Assembly: GCA_043801585.1 (NCBI GenBank)
Contig: JAZDLX010000007.1
Coordinates: forward strand, 9,379 to 73,378
DNA length: 64,000 bases
Direction: 5' to 3'
From: a bacterium
GTDB taxonomy: Bacteria > Electryoneota > Electryoneia > Electryoneales > Electryoneaceae
The notes under the pieces were generated by a model. The model ran no database searches. It was not told where the DNA came from and worked only from the letters and a program-made list of their open reading frames with translations. Both the position numbers and the translations under genes were made by a program. Below, piece after piece: positions 47,174 to 57,608 of the stretch (the stretch's first letter is position 1; each line of letters opens with the position of its first letter).

Positions 47174-48184
47174 ATGGACGAGCTCCGAGGCCTTCTCTGG
47201 AACGGACGGGAACTCACCTACCTCGACCAGACGCTCCTGCCACACGAAGAGGTCAGGCGGACAACGTCTGATTGGCGTGAGGTTGTCGATGCCATCAAAC
47301 GGCTGGCAATCCGGGGAGCGCCTGCCATCGGTGTCGCCGGGGCATGCGCCGCCGCTCTTGCAGCCGCTGAACACGGTAAAGACAGAACGGCCTGGGAACT
47401 GGCGCTCGACACCATTGAGAACGCACGTCCAACGGCAGTCAATCTTTCTGCAGCCGTGGAGCGCCTCCGCCATGAATGCCAGGGACTTGAGGGGTTTGCG
47501 CTCGCAGTCAAATCCGCCGGTGTCGCCGCGGAGATCGCGGACGAGGATGAGTCGCTCTGCGAAGCGATTGCGGAACACGGCATTCAACTCTTTGATTCCC
47601 CTAAAGTTGTGCTTACGCATTGCAATACTGGAGCGCTCGTCACGTACGGGATTGGCACGGCGTTGGGAGTTGTCCGCCGCGCTCATGAGAAAAAGTTGAT
47701 TAAGAGGGTGTATGCCTGCGAGGCGAGACCGCTCGGGCAGGGCTCCCGTCTGACGATGTGGGAGTTGGATAAGTTGCAGATACCCAGCACCTTGCTCGCG
47801 GACAGTGCGGCGGGATCGCTGCTCGCGAGCGGTGTCGTGGACATGGTGATCGTCGGGGCGGACAGGATTGCGGCAAACGGTGATACCGCCAATAAAATTG
47901 GAACGCTGAACCTTGCTGTGCTGGCCAACCGTTACAGGGTTCCCTTCTACGTTGCAGCTCCGTCATCCACATTCGATCCCGGTACACCAGAGGGGACATC
48001 GATCCCCATTGAATTTCGGGAGCCGGACGAAGTTCGAAAATGTGGCGGAAAATGGATCAGTATTCCCTCCGCGGAGGTGTACAACCCGGCGTTCGATGTC
48101 ACTCCTTCCGAGTTGATTTCGGGAATCATTTTCGAACGGGGAGTGCTTCGTCCGCCGTTCCGTATCGGGGATAACCGGCCTTGA
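47174..48184 (+). CDS. mtnA: S-methyl-5-thioribose-1-phosphate isomerase (eIF-2B alpha/beta/delta family)
   Basis: The sequence LTYLDQTLLP...IRGAPAIGVAGA and its length match MtnA. Confidence 0.85.
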   Translation: MDELRGLLWNGRELTYLDQTLLPHEEVRRTTSDWREVVDAIKRLAIRGAPAIGVAGACAAALAAAEHGKDRTAWELALDTIENARPTAVNLSAAVERLRHECQGLEGFALAVKSAGVAAEIADEDESLCEAIAEHGIQLFDSPKVVLTHCNTGALVTYGIGTALGVVRRAHEKKLIKRVYACEARPLGQGSRLTMWELDKLQIPSTLLADSAAGSLLASGVVDMVIVGADRIAANGDTANKIGTLNLAVLANRYRVPFYVAAPSSTFDPGTPEGTSIPIEFREPDEVRKCGGKWISIPSAEVYNPAFDVTPSELISGIIFERGVLRPPFRIGDNRP

Positions 48185-48293
48185 CAGATTGTGAAGAAAA
48201 AAGATATATTGAACTCTTGATTTTTTAGGGGGATGGGAACCTGTCCCCTGAGGTTCTTATTGCTCAGTACGTTGAGTAAAACCAGAGGGAGTC

Positions 48294-49370
48294 ATGAAGA
48301 GCTCATGGGGCCGGTGGGGATTTGCGGCCATTTCGCTGCTGTTGATCTTTTCGCTGATTGGGTGTGCGTCCAGCTCTTACTATGTGCGCTCAGCAAAACT
48401 GCACATCAACAACAAGAACTACGCCGAGGCGGAAAAGATCCTGTTGGAGGGAACGAACACCCCTCCGAACGATCAAGATCCAGAGCTGTGGTATACGCTG
48501 GGGCTGATTCGTTTCGACAAGAAGGACTGGGTGGGGATGAACGAGGCCTTCGATAAATCGTTGGCCCTCGACGCCAAGTTCGCCGAACAGATCAAGAAGA
48601 CCAAGTACCACGCATGGCAGCGTATCGCCAGTGGGGCAGTCAAGGAATTCCAGGGAAACAACTACCCCCAGGCCATCAGCGATTTCCAGACGGCATTGAT
48701 TGTCCGCCCGAGCGATTCCGAAACGTTGACCAACCTGGGCCTTAGTTACTTCAAAAACGAGCAGTACAATGAAGCGGCAGAGGCGTTCAAAGAGTCTATC
48801 GCCAACGATACGACCAATCTGGTCAAGTTGACCAAGTTGAATCTCCTTGAAACTTACCGTCTGCTGGAGCGTTCCGAAGATGTGATCACCCTCGCCGATG
48901 ATATCATCAACACGGCGGATTCGCTCAACACCACTCGCAAAATCATAGTGATTCAGGCAAAGGCGGTGGCGTTGCAGAAGCTTGGTCGGACGGAAGATGC
49001 CGTTGGTGAATGGGACAAGCTGATGTTGGAAGATCCAACGAACGCCGACTTCGCCTTCAATAAAGCTCTTCTTCTCGACATGCTCGAGCGTTATAACGAA
49101 GCTGCGGCGGTGTATCTGAAAGCAATCGAATTGAATCCAAGCGACTACGAAGCGCGGATGCGTGCGTCGAATGCGTTGCTTGGCAACCAGCAATGGGCAA
49201 CGATCGAGAAAGTCCTTGAACCATGGCTGTTCCCGGATGGCGTGAAAGTGTACGAGCCTGAATTCAAGGATCTCCACACGTGGATGACCCTGAAGGCGGC
49301 CTATGCCAACCTGGATGAAATGAAAAAAATGAAGGTTGTTGACGAGATTCTGAAGAAGATCTCGGGTTGA
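48294..49370 (+). CDS. TPR-repeat lipoprotein
   Basis: Lipobox LIGC. It has multiple TPR-like helical repeats (AEAEKILLEG, YNEAAEAFKESIA, YNEAAAVYLKAIELNP). Confidence 0.65.
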   Translation: MKSSWGRWGFAAISLLLIFSLIGCASSSYYVRSAKLHINNKNYAEAEKILLEGTNTPPNDQDPELWYTLGLIRFDKKDWVGMNEAFDKSLALDAKFAEQIKKTKYHAWQRIASGAVKEFQGNNYPQAISDFQTALIVRPSDSETLTNLGLSYFKNEQYNEAAEAFKESIANDTTNLVKLTKLNLLETYRLLERSEDVITLADDIINTADSLNTTRKIIVIQAKAVALQKLGRTEDAVGEWDKLMLEDPTNADFAFNKALLLDMLERYNEAAAVYLKAIELNPSDYEARMRASNALLGNQQWATIEKVLEPWLFPDGVKVYEPEFKDLHTWMTLKAAYANLDEMKKMKVVDEILKKISG

Positions 49371-49440
49371 CCCGCAAGCTGAGAAAAGATTGTGACAGGC
49401 GAAGCGGGCCATCGCGTCCGCTTCGCTTTTTCACGAGGAT

Positions 49441-50211
49441 TTGATGGCAAAACGATCGATCAAATCGTTTGAAGAGAATTTGCGTGCCAACGCCGACCGT
49501 TTGCCCGCGCATATTGCGTTCATCATGGACGGCAACGGGCGATGGGCGAAGGAACGTGGGATGCCTCGCATGTTCGGTCATCGCGAGGGTGTAAAGTCAG
49601 TCCGTGAGATGGTTGAGACGGGCGTGGAACTGGGCATCAAGGTCATGACCTTTTACACGTTTTCCACGGAAAACTGGAAGCGCCCGAAATCGGAAGTATC
49701 AGGGTTGATGAAGCTGCTCGTTTCGACAATCCGTAAAGAAGTGGACGACCTCGACAAGAACAACGTTTGTCTGCGCACCATTGGACAGCTTGAGGATCTG
49801 CCACCGGGACCTCGCGCGGAATTCAAGGCTGCGAAGAAACAGCTTGAGAAGAACGACGGCCTTCTGCTTGTGCTGGCGCTGTCCTACAGCGGGCGGCGTG
49901 AGATCACTCAGGCTGTCAATCGTCTTCTCGAGCAGGGGGTTAAACGAGTCGACGAGAAGGTTTTCGCCGCGGTCCTCGATACCGCCGATCTCCCCGATCC
50001 GGATCTGTTGATTCGAACTTCGGGCGAGATGCGACTGAGCAATTTTCTTCTGTGGCAGACAGCCTATACCGAACTTTACGTCACGGATACTTACTGGCCG
50101 GATTTTCGCCGCGCTCAATTGATTGAAGCCGTACATGATTATTTGCATCGAGAGCGCCGCTTTGGACGCACCAGCGAACAACTGGTGTCATCGAATGGTG
50201 AGGCAAGGTGA
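49441..50211 (+). CDS. uppS: Undecaprenyl diphosphate synthase
   Basis: Motifs HIAFIMDGNGRWA, FSTENWKRP and a RxG C-terminus are present. Confidence 0.9.
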   Translation: MMAKRSIKSFEENLRANADRLPAHIAFIMDGNGRWAKERGMPRMFGHREGVKSVREMVETGVELGIKVMTFYTFSTENWKRPKSEVSGLMKLLVSTIRKEVDDLDKNNVCLRTIGQLEDLPPGPRAEFKAAKKQLEKNDGLLLVLALSYSGRREITQAVNRLLEQGVKRVDEKVFAAVLDTADLPDPDLLIRTSGEMRLSNFLLWQTAYTELYVTDTYWPDFRRAQLIEAVHDYLHRERRFGRTSEQLVSSNGEAR

Positions 50212-50891
50212 GTTCCGAATCGATCAATTCCGCCTTCCCTGATCTGTGGGTGGAGCAAGCGGCCTACCCGGCGCTGATGCCACGCAGCAGCGAAGACGTG
50301 ATGGGTGTCGTCCAGTGGTGCCGTGATCACGGAATGCGCATCTTCCCCGTGGGAAGCGGACATTCGCTGGGAGAGAAATTCGCCGTTCCAAACGGTGTTG
50401 TCAGCATGATCTCTCTCGCGCGGGATGGTGTTTCAGAACCGGATACACATGACCTGGCGATCGAGGTGGAAGCGGGCGTTCCTGCCGTTCTCCTTCATCA
50501 GCTTGTGCATGACGCCGGTCTGCGCCTTGACGGTTGGCCGGAATCATACCCGGGAACGGTCGGAGGGCTTTTCGCCGGAGCACGGGGTCTTGAGTTACGT
50601 CACCTTGTCCTCGGCATGGATATCATCGACGGCCGCGGCCGCAGCCTCAGATTCGGAGGACGAGTTCGCAAGAACGTGAGTGGGTTTGATGTGCCCGGTG
50701 TGATGATCGGAAGCAGGGGGATGCTTGGCTGGATCGATCGCCTCTACCTGAAATTGAACCCGGGTGGCTCCCCCTTGCTGGATCGCAGGGTGCCCACGCC
50801 ACTCGGACAGATCACGTCCCCAAAGGGACTTTACCAACGTGTCGCCGTTTCGCTGGATCCTGACGGCGTTTTTCTAAAGCCCGGGGAGTAA
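50208..50891 (+). CDS. Short FAD-binding (PCMH-type) domain protein
   Basis: It reads RIFPVGSGHSLGEKF...GWPESYPGTVGGLF, which resembles the FAD_binding_4 N-terminal domain. At 227 aa it lacks a substrate domain. It has an ATGA overlap with uppS. Confidence 0.55.
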   Translation: MSSESINSAFPDLWVEQAAYPALMPRSSEDVMGVVQWCRDHGMRIFPVGSGHSLGEKFAVPNGVVSMISLARDGVSEPDTHDLAIEVEAGVPAVLLHQLVHDAGLRLDGWPESYPGTVGGLFAGARGLELRHLVLGMDIIDGRGRSLRFGGRVRKNVSGFDVPGVMIGSRGMLGWIDRLYLKLNPGGSPLLDRRVPTPLGQITSPKGLYQRVAVSLDPDGVFLKPGE

Positions 50892-50898
50892 TTGCGGA

Positions 50899-53800
50899 AT
50901 GCAGCGGCGACCCTGGGTCATCGTCGTCACGCTGTTGGCTTTTGCATTGGCTTTCAGCGTCCTCGTGGCAATCCGTTACCTTAATCGCTCGGACCGTCTC
51001 CGGCAGCAGATCATCAAGCAACTGCAGGACGTTCCTGGCGAGATCTCCATCGGATCGGCAAGTATCGCCGCGACAACCCTGCAACTCACCAACATATCGT
51101 ACCGAAGTCCCGACCATGGCATCACAGCCCAGGTGAAACGAATCAGCATTCGTTTCTCCCTGGGAAACTGGATCGTCCACCAGGGACTGTTCGAACGGCT
51201 CATTGAAAGCGTGACCATCATCGAACCCGAGATCACCGTTCGACCGGCGATGATGAAAGGAAACGTCGGGAAGGAAGACAGTTTAAAAACTTCGGATTAT
51301 TCACGGTTGAATTTTCTCCGGCATGCAATCCTTCGCGGAGGACATCTTCGTGTTATAGACCGCTCGGGGTCTGCATGGATGTCAATGCACAATCTCGACG
51401 GGTGGGGACAGGGGGTCGATGAAAATCGCATTCGAGTACAGCTTGCGGGAAGCCTCTATCGAACGGAAGAACAGAATTTCACGGTTGAAGCCACAGTCGG
51501 TTTGAATCCACTGAAAATAGAATCGGACGTCGCGTTGCGCTCCTACGATCTGTCGTCGATTGAGCTTCCCCCTGGATCGCCCCTTGAATCGCCCGTCGGC
51601 ATGTTTTCCTCGCATGCCCGTCTTGTCTGGGACCTGGACAATTGGGATCTGACCGCGAACATGCAGCTTGTTGACGGAGGTTTTCGAATCCGCCGGGGAC
51701 CGCGAGTCACCGATGTGAACCTCAGTGGCATCGCCGAGGATGGCCTCCTGACCATCGGCGGCGAAATGGTCACGGAAGGCGACCCGGGAACGTTGGAAGC
51801 CGCGATATCCTATTCGAACGGTGTTCGATTATCTGTTACCGGGAACATCCCGGAGGTGCACCTCGGCACGCACCTGGGGACGTTCACCCCTTTGCCGAAG
51901 TCGCGGCAGCCGACGGGGACGATTCACGGAATCACGGATTTTCGCTGGAATTCCGCGGACAGGAATTGGTCCTGGACCATCCGCGGGACCTCACCTTTGC
52001 TGGGGACGGTCGTTGGAAATTTTCACGATGTAAGTACCACTCTTCATTGGGATCGCGAAGCACACACCCTTCGATTCGATTCCCTGGCTGCAACATGGCA
52101 GGGCCTGACGCTGAACGCGACCGCGGTTTTTCAGCCACATCAGAAAGAGCGTTTCATCGTCAATGGCGATGTGGACGGGCGCTTCGACCTGACTGAATTG
52201 CCCGGTTGGGTCGTTCCGCTCGCAGAGAAAACGACTCATGGCCAGTTGAACATCCGCGAGGTCGTTGGAGATGGTTGGACTGTTTCGGGGACTGGGCGGA
52301 TTCGCGACGATGACAACCCAGCCATCGGAGAGTATTCTGCAACGTACAGGGCGGAGGGGTACAAACTGCGCCTGGATCTCTATTCTCCTCAGCGGAGAAA
52401 TGCCTGGGTGATGGTGGACCGGATGGCCGAACGTCCGCTGAAAATAACCTTTCAGGATCCTCAGACCTTGGCGAATTGGTGGGATCAGGCTATAACGGTC
52501 CCATCCCGTATCGATGAGATCGAGACCAGGGCGACTGTCGAACTCTACCCCAAGGAGATCAGAGGGCAGGCCGATCTTTTCGATCCCGCCACCGGATTGG
52601 GTGTCCACCTTTTCGGCAGCCTGTTTGGACGTCTGAAAGAATCGGTGGCGGGAACCTATGGCTATCGGTTGAGCAGGCATGAACAACAGGTTGGCTATGG
52701 CGACTTCGATTTTGCCTATGGAGATGGCCTGCTCGACGTCAAACGTTTCAGCCTGATGGATTACCTCAGCTTTTCCGGACGAGTCGATCTGAAGGAACGC
52801 CGGTTCAACAAGCTTGAACTGACAATCGAAGATCTTGACCTAAGTCACGTCGTACCTAGCATTTCGGCAATTCCTGAGAGCAGGATCGACGGAAAGGTCG
52901 GAGGGCAGGTTATGGTTGATGGATCGTTCTCTCAGCCAACGATTGAAAGTCACTTTGAATTATACGATGGACGCTATGGAGACCTGAGTCAGTACTGGGG
53001 AGTGCTCACCTTGTCGACGAACCTTCAGGGTGACGTATTCATCCGCCGTGGATTGTTGGGCCGTTCCGGCACCACCATCCTGAGTATGGAAGGTGGGTAC
53101 AATATACCGAACGATCATTTCAACATTCGCCTCGAAGCACCTCGAACGGATGCCGGGGCGCTGGCTGAAGCAGCGGCGGGAAAGAGAAACCTGCTGGATG
53201 GTCCGATTGCGCTTTCCGGGCATCTGGGCGGTTCCCTCGCATTGCCTCAATGGACGGCGTCGATGAACATGGTTGATGCGAAAGTGGCCGGAATCGCGTT
53301 CGACGATGTGAACATTGAATTGCGAGGAGTGACTTCCGAGCGTCTTGGGCACATTCTTTACATTGACCGATTCACGATGCAGCGTGAAAACCGATACCAA
53401 TTCACTGCGAGTGGTGCCGCCCCGATTACGCGGGGCGCCGGTCAGATTTCAGCACGGCTCGAAGGCGAAATGCTCGATGTCCTGCCGCAGTTGACCTCCT
53501 TTGTCAAGGGTGCGAGCGGTTCAGGTTTCATTGACTGGACGGTGACAGTTGTTGCCGGAAATGTCGCGGCGAGCAACGGCGAGATCCAGATCAAGAATGG
53601 AGATGTCAGTTTCCAGGATGTGTTCCCGACACTGAAGGACCTCGAGATCGATTTGAACGTGGGAGTGGACGGTTCCCTGACGATCAACAAATTCGATGGC
53701 ATCTTCGGCGAGAATTCTCCTGCGGTGATCCGTAATGAACGTGGAACGCCGGACAATTCACAGAACCTGCCTATCATCCTTCAGGGGGTGGGCCTCGATC

Positions 53801-55146
53801 TGGGAGTTCTGAAGTTGAAAACGCCTGCCGAGGGGGGGATCCCCATGAGGATTCCGGGCGTGATGACCACGGAAGACTACGGCAGGATCAAGTTCAGTGG
53901 TCGTGAAAATGGCGAATGGTTCCGAGTTTCCGGCCCCGTGGATAGTCTCCTGATGACCGGCAGCACGAGGATCGCAAGTACCAGGATGACCCTGCCTCCG
54001 ATTCCCCGCAACGGCACGGGCTCTTCGACGAGTGCGCCGGGGGCTGGGCGGCCCCGTGCATCTGTGCGGGGAATTCTCACATTGCTCCGGAAGGCACGCT
54101 GGAACAGCCAGGTTCGGATCGCAGACAACGTTCACTATGAGCGTGATATTGTCGGTCTGGAAAACACCCCTGTTCTTGGTGCGTTCTCAGAGATCCTTTC
54201 CCAGATCACTGTGGATCTGACACTGGATCCCACGGAGTCGAACCGTCCGTTGGAAGTGACCGGACGAGTTTCCAGCAACAACTTCCGTCTGGTTGGTGAA
54301 CTTTCATCCACCCAGGGTCGACTCGAACTACTCGATCTCAATTTCGATCTTCAACGGGCGGATGTCACCTTTGACAGAACTTCACTGCTTCCGGTTGTCA
54401 GCGGGAGGGCGGTGACCTACACCGTGGAGGAATCGTCCGATCCGAACACCCCACGGTACAGCCGTGAACTCTACCTGACGCTGTACGTGATCGACCCGGT
54501 GACCGGGGAGCGAACGACTCGTGGCCGCTGGGGTGACTTTACCTTCGTCCTCGAGGATCAGGAGGGATCGAGCCAGGAACAGGTGTTGAACGCTCTCGGG
54601 TACCAGGCGGGGTCGCTGACCAAGCGGGCCACCGCGATCGGCGCCGGAGGACTGGAACGTGCGTTGATCCGGCGATGGCTGCGCCCAATCGAACGGGACA
54701 TTGCGCGAGTGTTGGGACTGGACCTCGTTCGCTTTGATCCATCCATCGCGAGCTACCTGATCCGGGACAATACCATCGGACTTGACTCCCTTGGCGTAGG
54801 TGCTACAAGCCAGATTAAATCGAGCAGTGTGAAAGTTGGTAAGTACTTATTACCCAACCTCTTCCTAAGCTATACGGGACAACTCGGGAGCGATCCATTA
54901 TTGCGCTACACGACGACTGGACCAACCCCCACGAGCAGAATTGCATTCCTTCAAAGTTGGGACGTGGAATATCGCGTGCGGTCGATTTCTCCGAACCTCG
55001 TATTACAGGGAGGATGGGAATATGACAACCTTGCGCCGAACGAAGCTGGCAAACGGAACAACCGGTCGATCCGACTGAAATACACCCTTGTCTATGATTT
55101 GACCAAGGTGAGCATGGCAAAAGTGTGGCGGAAGCTGTGGAACTGA
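50899..55146 (+). CDS. TamB/AsmA-family translocation-and-assembly-module-like giant protein (1415 aa)
   Basis: It has a single N-terminal TM anchor (VIVVTLLAFALAFSVLVAI), a very long beta-rich periplasmic region and a DUF490-like C-terminal region. It lies immediately upstream of bamA. Confidence 0.6.
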   Translation: MQRRPWVIVVTLLAFALAFSVLVAIRYLNRSDRLRQQIIKQLQDVPGEISIGSASIAATTLQLTNISYRSPDHGITAQVKRISIRFSLGNWIVHQGLFERLIESVTIIEPEITVRPAMMKGNVGKEDSLKTSDYSRLNFLRHAILRGGHLRVIDRSGSAWMSMHNLDGWGQGVDENRIRVQLAGSLYRTEEQNFTVEATVGLNPLKIESDVALRSYDLSSIELPPGSPLESPVGMFSSHARLVWDLDNWDLTANMQLVDGGFRIRRGPRVTDVNLSGIAEDGLLTIGGEMVTEGDPGTLEAAISYSNGVRLSVTGNIPEVHLGTHLGTFTPLPKSRQPTGTIHGITDFRWNSADRNWSWTIRGTSPLLGTVVGNFHDVSTTLHWDREAHTLRFDSLAATWQGLTLNATAVFQPHQKERFIVNGDVDGRFDLTELPGWVVPLAEKTTHGQLNIREVVGDGWTVSGTGRIRDDDNPAIGEYSATYRAEGYKLRLDLYSPQRRNAWVMVDRMAERPLKITFQDPQTLANWWDQAITVPSRIDEIETRATVELYPKEIRGQADLFDPATGLGVHLFGSLFGRLKESVAGTYGYRLSRHEQQVGYGDFDFAYGDGLLDVKRFSLMDYLSFSGRVDLKERRFNKLELTIEDLDLSHVVPSISAIPESRIDGKVGGQVMVDGSFSQPTIESHFELYDGRYGDLSQYWGVLTLSTNLQGDVFIRRGLLGRSGTTILSMEGGYNIPNDHFNIRLEAPRTDAGALAEAAAGKRNLLDGPIALSGHLGGSLALPQWTASMNMVDAKVAGIAFDDVNIELRGVTSERLGHILYIDRFTMQRENRYQFTASGAAPITRGAGQISARLEGEMLDVLPQLTSFVKGASGSGFIDWTVTVVAGNVAASNGEIQIKNGDVSFQDVFPTLKDLEIDLNVGVDGSLTINKFDGIFGENSPAVIRNERGTPDNSQNLPIILQGVGLDLGVLKLKTPAEGGIPMRIPGVMTTEDYGRIKFSGRENGEWFRVSGPVDSLLMTGSTRIASTRMTLPPIPRNGTGSSTSAPGAGRPRASVRGILTLLRKARWNSQVRIADNVHYERDIVGLENTPVLGAFSEILSQITVDLTLDPTESNRPLEVTGRVSSNNFRLVGELSSTQGRLELLDLNFDLQRADVTFDRTSLLPVVSGRAVTYTVEESSDPNTPRYSRELYLTLYVIDPVTGERTTRGRWGDFTFVLEDQEGSSQEQVLNALGYQAGSLTKRATAIGAGGLERALIRRWLRPIERDIARVLGLDLVRFDPSIASYLIRDNTIGLDSLGVGATSQIKSSSVKVGKYLLPNLFLSYTGQLGSDPLLRYTTTGPTPTSRIAFLQSWDVEYRVRSISPNLVLQGGWEYDNLAPNEAGKRNNRSIRLKYTLVYDLTKVSMAKVWRKLWN

Positions 55147-55258
55147 GGCGGGGGTGCGCACGTACACCCCTCGTGGGGCTTGTGCTCAAGGGATTGCTTG
55201 TCTGTGGGCGGGCGACTCCGTACCTTTCAACCTTCGTTCAAACGAAACGACTCAAACG

Positions 55259-57583
55259 ATGCGAAACGGGATTCTGAAGACACTTATTTTCACCGGGTTG
55301 GCGCTATTCTATTTGGGTTTATCGCAGGCCTCTGCACAGCCCAGCCGCCCGCAGGGAGTCAAGGTACTCGGCGTCCGTGTCGAAGGCGCCAAGACCGCGG
55401 ATGAAGGTCTCATCATCGCCAACAGCGGACTTGTCGTTGGCAAGGAAGTGGTCGGCGACGATATCCAGACCGCGATCAAACGGATCTGGTCGTTGAAACT
55501 CTTCCGAAACGTTGACATTGTCATCGAAAAAGATCTGCCGGAGGGCAGCTATTTCGTCATTAACGTGGAAGAGTATCCTCGCATCGCCAGCCTTGAGATT
55601 ACTGGAAACCGCAAACTCAACGACGACGACATCAACGAACAAATCACTCTGTACCGGGGGCAGGTGCTTCGTCCGGCGCGTCTGCAAAAAGCGCGGAGAG
55701 ACCTGCTCAGAAAATACCATGAGAAAGGTTATCTGCTCGCTGAAGTAACCACCGAAGTGCAGGACACGGACGACCCGATGCAGAAGAATGTTCGGGTTGT
55801 GATCGAGGAGGGCAAAAAGGTACGGATCAGGGATATCTACTTCGCCGGGAATCAGGCATTTAAAAACAGGATCCTGCGTAAGCAGATGAAGGATACCCAT
55901 CAGCGCGGGTTCCTGCGAAGTGGATCCTTCGACCGTACAAAGTTCGACGAAGACTTGAAGTTGGTTGTGCAATTCTATAAAAATCGTGGTTATCGAGATG
56001 CTCAAATCGTTGGCGATTCGCTTTCCTATACGGACGATCTGAAAAGGATGATCATCACGATCCAGATGTATGAAGGATCACAATACGTGTTCGGTTCGAT
56101 CGATTTCGAAGGGAACACGCTGTTCAGCAAGAACGAACTGCTTGCCCAACTTTCCTTCAAGCCCGGCGACGTTTATAACGAAGAAGAGCTGATGGTAAAC
56201 ACTGCGGAACGTCTCGGTAACCTTTACTACGAGAAAGGCTACATTTATTCTCGAGTCGAACCGCAAATGATTCCGACTGTCGGCGATACCTTGAATATTC
56301 TTTACCAGGTGAACGAAGGAAATCAGTTTAATGTCCGGAAAATCAATATATTGGGTAATACAAAAACGAAAGAAAAAGTAATCCGTCGCGAGTTCGTTCT
56401 GTTCCCGGGAGAAACCTTCGACGTGCTGAAACTGCGGCGGTCCATCCGTGAACTGACCATTCTCAATTATTTCTCGAACATTACGCCTGACGTTCAGCCT
56501 GTGAGTGATAACGAAGTCGATCTTTTCGTGGATGTCGAGGAGAAACCGACCGACAACGCCAGCGTTTCAATCGGTGGCAGCCAGCTCGATGGTGTCATTG
56601 GTGCAATCGGATTTGCCATGCCGAATTTCTTTGGAAATGGGCAGCGCTTTTCACTCAACTGGAACTTCGGACAAATCTATCGCAGTTTCTCGGTGAGTTT
56701 CACCGAACCATGGATGTTTAATACTCCAACCCTCGGCGGCATAAGCTTTTATAATTTGCGTCGTGGTGGGTCCTATTACGGCTTCGATGAAAACGTGACT
56801 GGCGGATCCCTGCGGATCAGCCGCCGTTTCAAGTGGCCGGATGACTACACCCGTGGCGACTGGATCTACAAGCTGGAACGCGCCCAGTACAGCAATTTTA
56901 GTTCAGGATACAGCAACGTTTACGGGTACAAAGAGGATGTGCCGAGGATCGGCAGTTCTATCACGCAGATCTTCAGCCGTGACAGCCGCGACAACCCTGA
57001 ATTCCCAACTCGGGGAAGTGTCGTCAGTTATTCGATTCAGTTGGCGGGTTCCATTTTCGGCGGAGATGACCAGTTCAACAAGCATTTCCTGAGTGCTGAG
57101 TGGTATTTTCCGTTGACGAGTAAACTCGTTCTCTATAACCAGACCAAAACGGGTCTGATTTTCAACCTTAGCGATAACCGCAGCGACGTGCCTTACATTG
57201 ACTATTTCTTCATGGGCGGAAGCGGCATCAGCTTTGGCGAATCGCTGCGCGGATACGAAGACGGCAGGGTTGGGCCGCAGACCGGGGGATACCCGATGGG
57301 CGGCAACAGCCTGTTCAAGGAGAGTCTCGAGCTTCGCTTCCCGTTGATCCCGAATCCCACGGTGTTCATTCTGGGATTCATGGAAGCGGGCAATACGTGG
57401 GCGACGCGCGGCGAAATGGATCTGAACGATCTGCGCCACAGTGCGGGACTGGGAGTCCGGCTCTACATGCCGCTTGTCGGATTGATTGGGCTCGATTATG
57501 GATATGGTTTTGATTATTACTCGAGCAATGGCACCCGTTCCGGGAGATGGGTGCCGCATTTCCAGTTTGGTCGAACATTCTAA
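55259..57583 (+). CDS. bamA: Outer membrane protein assembly factor BamA (Omp85)
   Basis: It has a signal peptide, POTRA-domain periodicity and a C-terminal beta-barrel ending ...HFQFGRTF. skp and lpxD follow. The start was moved to M36. Confidence 0.85.
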   Translation: MRNGILKTLIFTGLALFYLGLSQASAQPSRPQGVKVLGVRVEGAKTADEGLIIANSGLVVGKEVVGDDIQTAIKRIWSLKLFRNVDIVIEKDLPEGSYFVINVEEYPRIASLEITGNRKLNDDDINEQITLYRGQVLRPARLQKARRDLLRKYHEKGYLLAEVTTEVQDTDDPMQKNVRVVIEEGKKVRIRDIYFAGNQAFKNRILRKQMKDTHQRGFLRSGSFDRTKFDEDLKLVVQFYKNRGYRDAQIVGDSLSYTDDLKRMIITIQMYEGSQYVFGSIDFEGNTLFSKNELLAQLSFKPGDVYNEEELMVNTAERLGNLYYEKGYIYSRVEPQMIPTVGDTLNILYQVNEGNQFNVRKINILGNTKTKEKVIRREFVLFPGETFDVLKLRRSIRELTILNYFSNITPDVQPVSDNEVDLFVDVEEKPTDNASVSIGGSQLDGVIGAIGFAMPNFFGNGQRFSLNWNFGQIYRSFSVSFTEPWMFNTPTLGGISFYNLRRGGSYYGFDENVTGGSLRISRRFKWPDDYTRGDWIYKLERAQYSNFSSGYSNVYGYKEDVPRIGSSITQIFSRDSRDNPEFPTRGSVVSYSIQLAGSIFGGDDQFNKHFLSAEWYFPLTSKLVLYNQTKTGLIFNLSDNRSDVPYIDYFFMGGSGISFGESLRGYEDGRVGPQTGGYPMGGNSLFKESLELRFPLIPNPTVFILGFMEAGNTWATRGEMDLNDLRHSAGLGVRLYMPLVGLIGLDYGYGFDYYSSNGTRSGRWVPHFQFGRTF

Positions 57584-57608
57584 ACGATACCATAAGGGAG
57601 TAAGAGGG

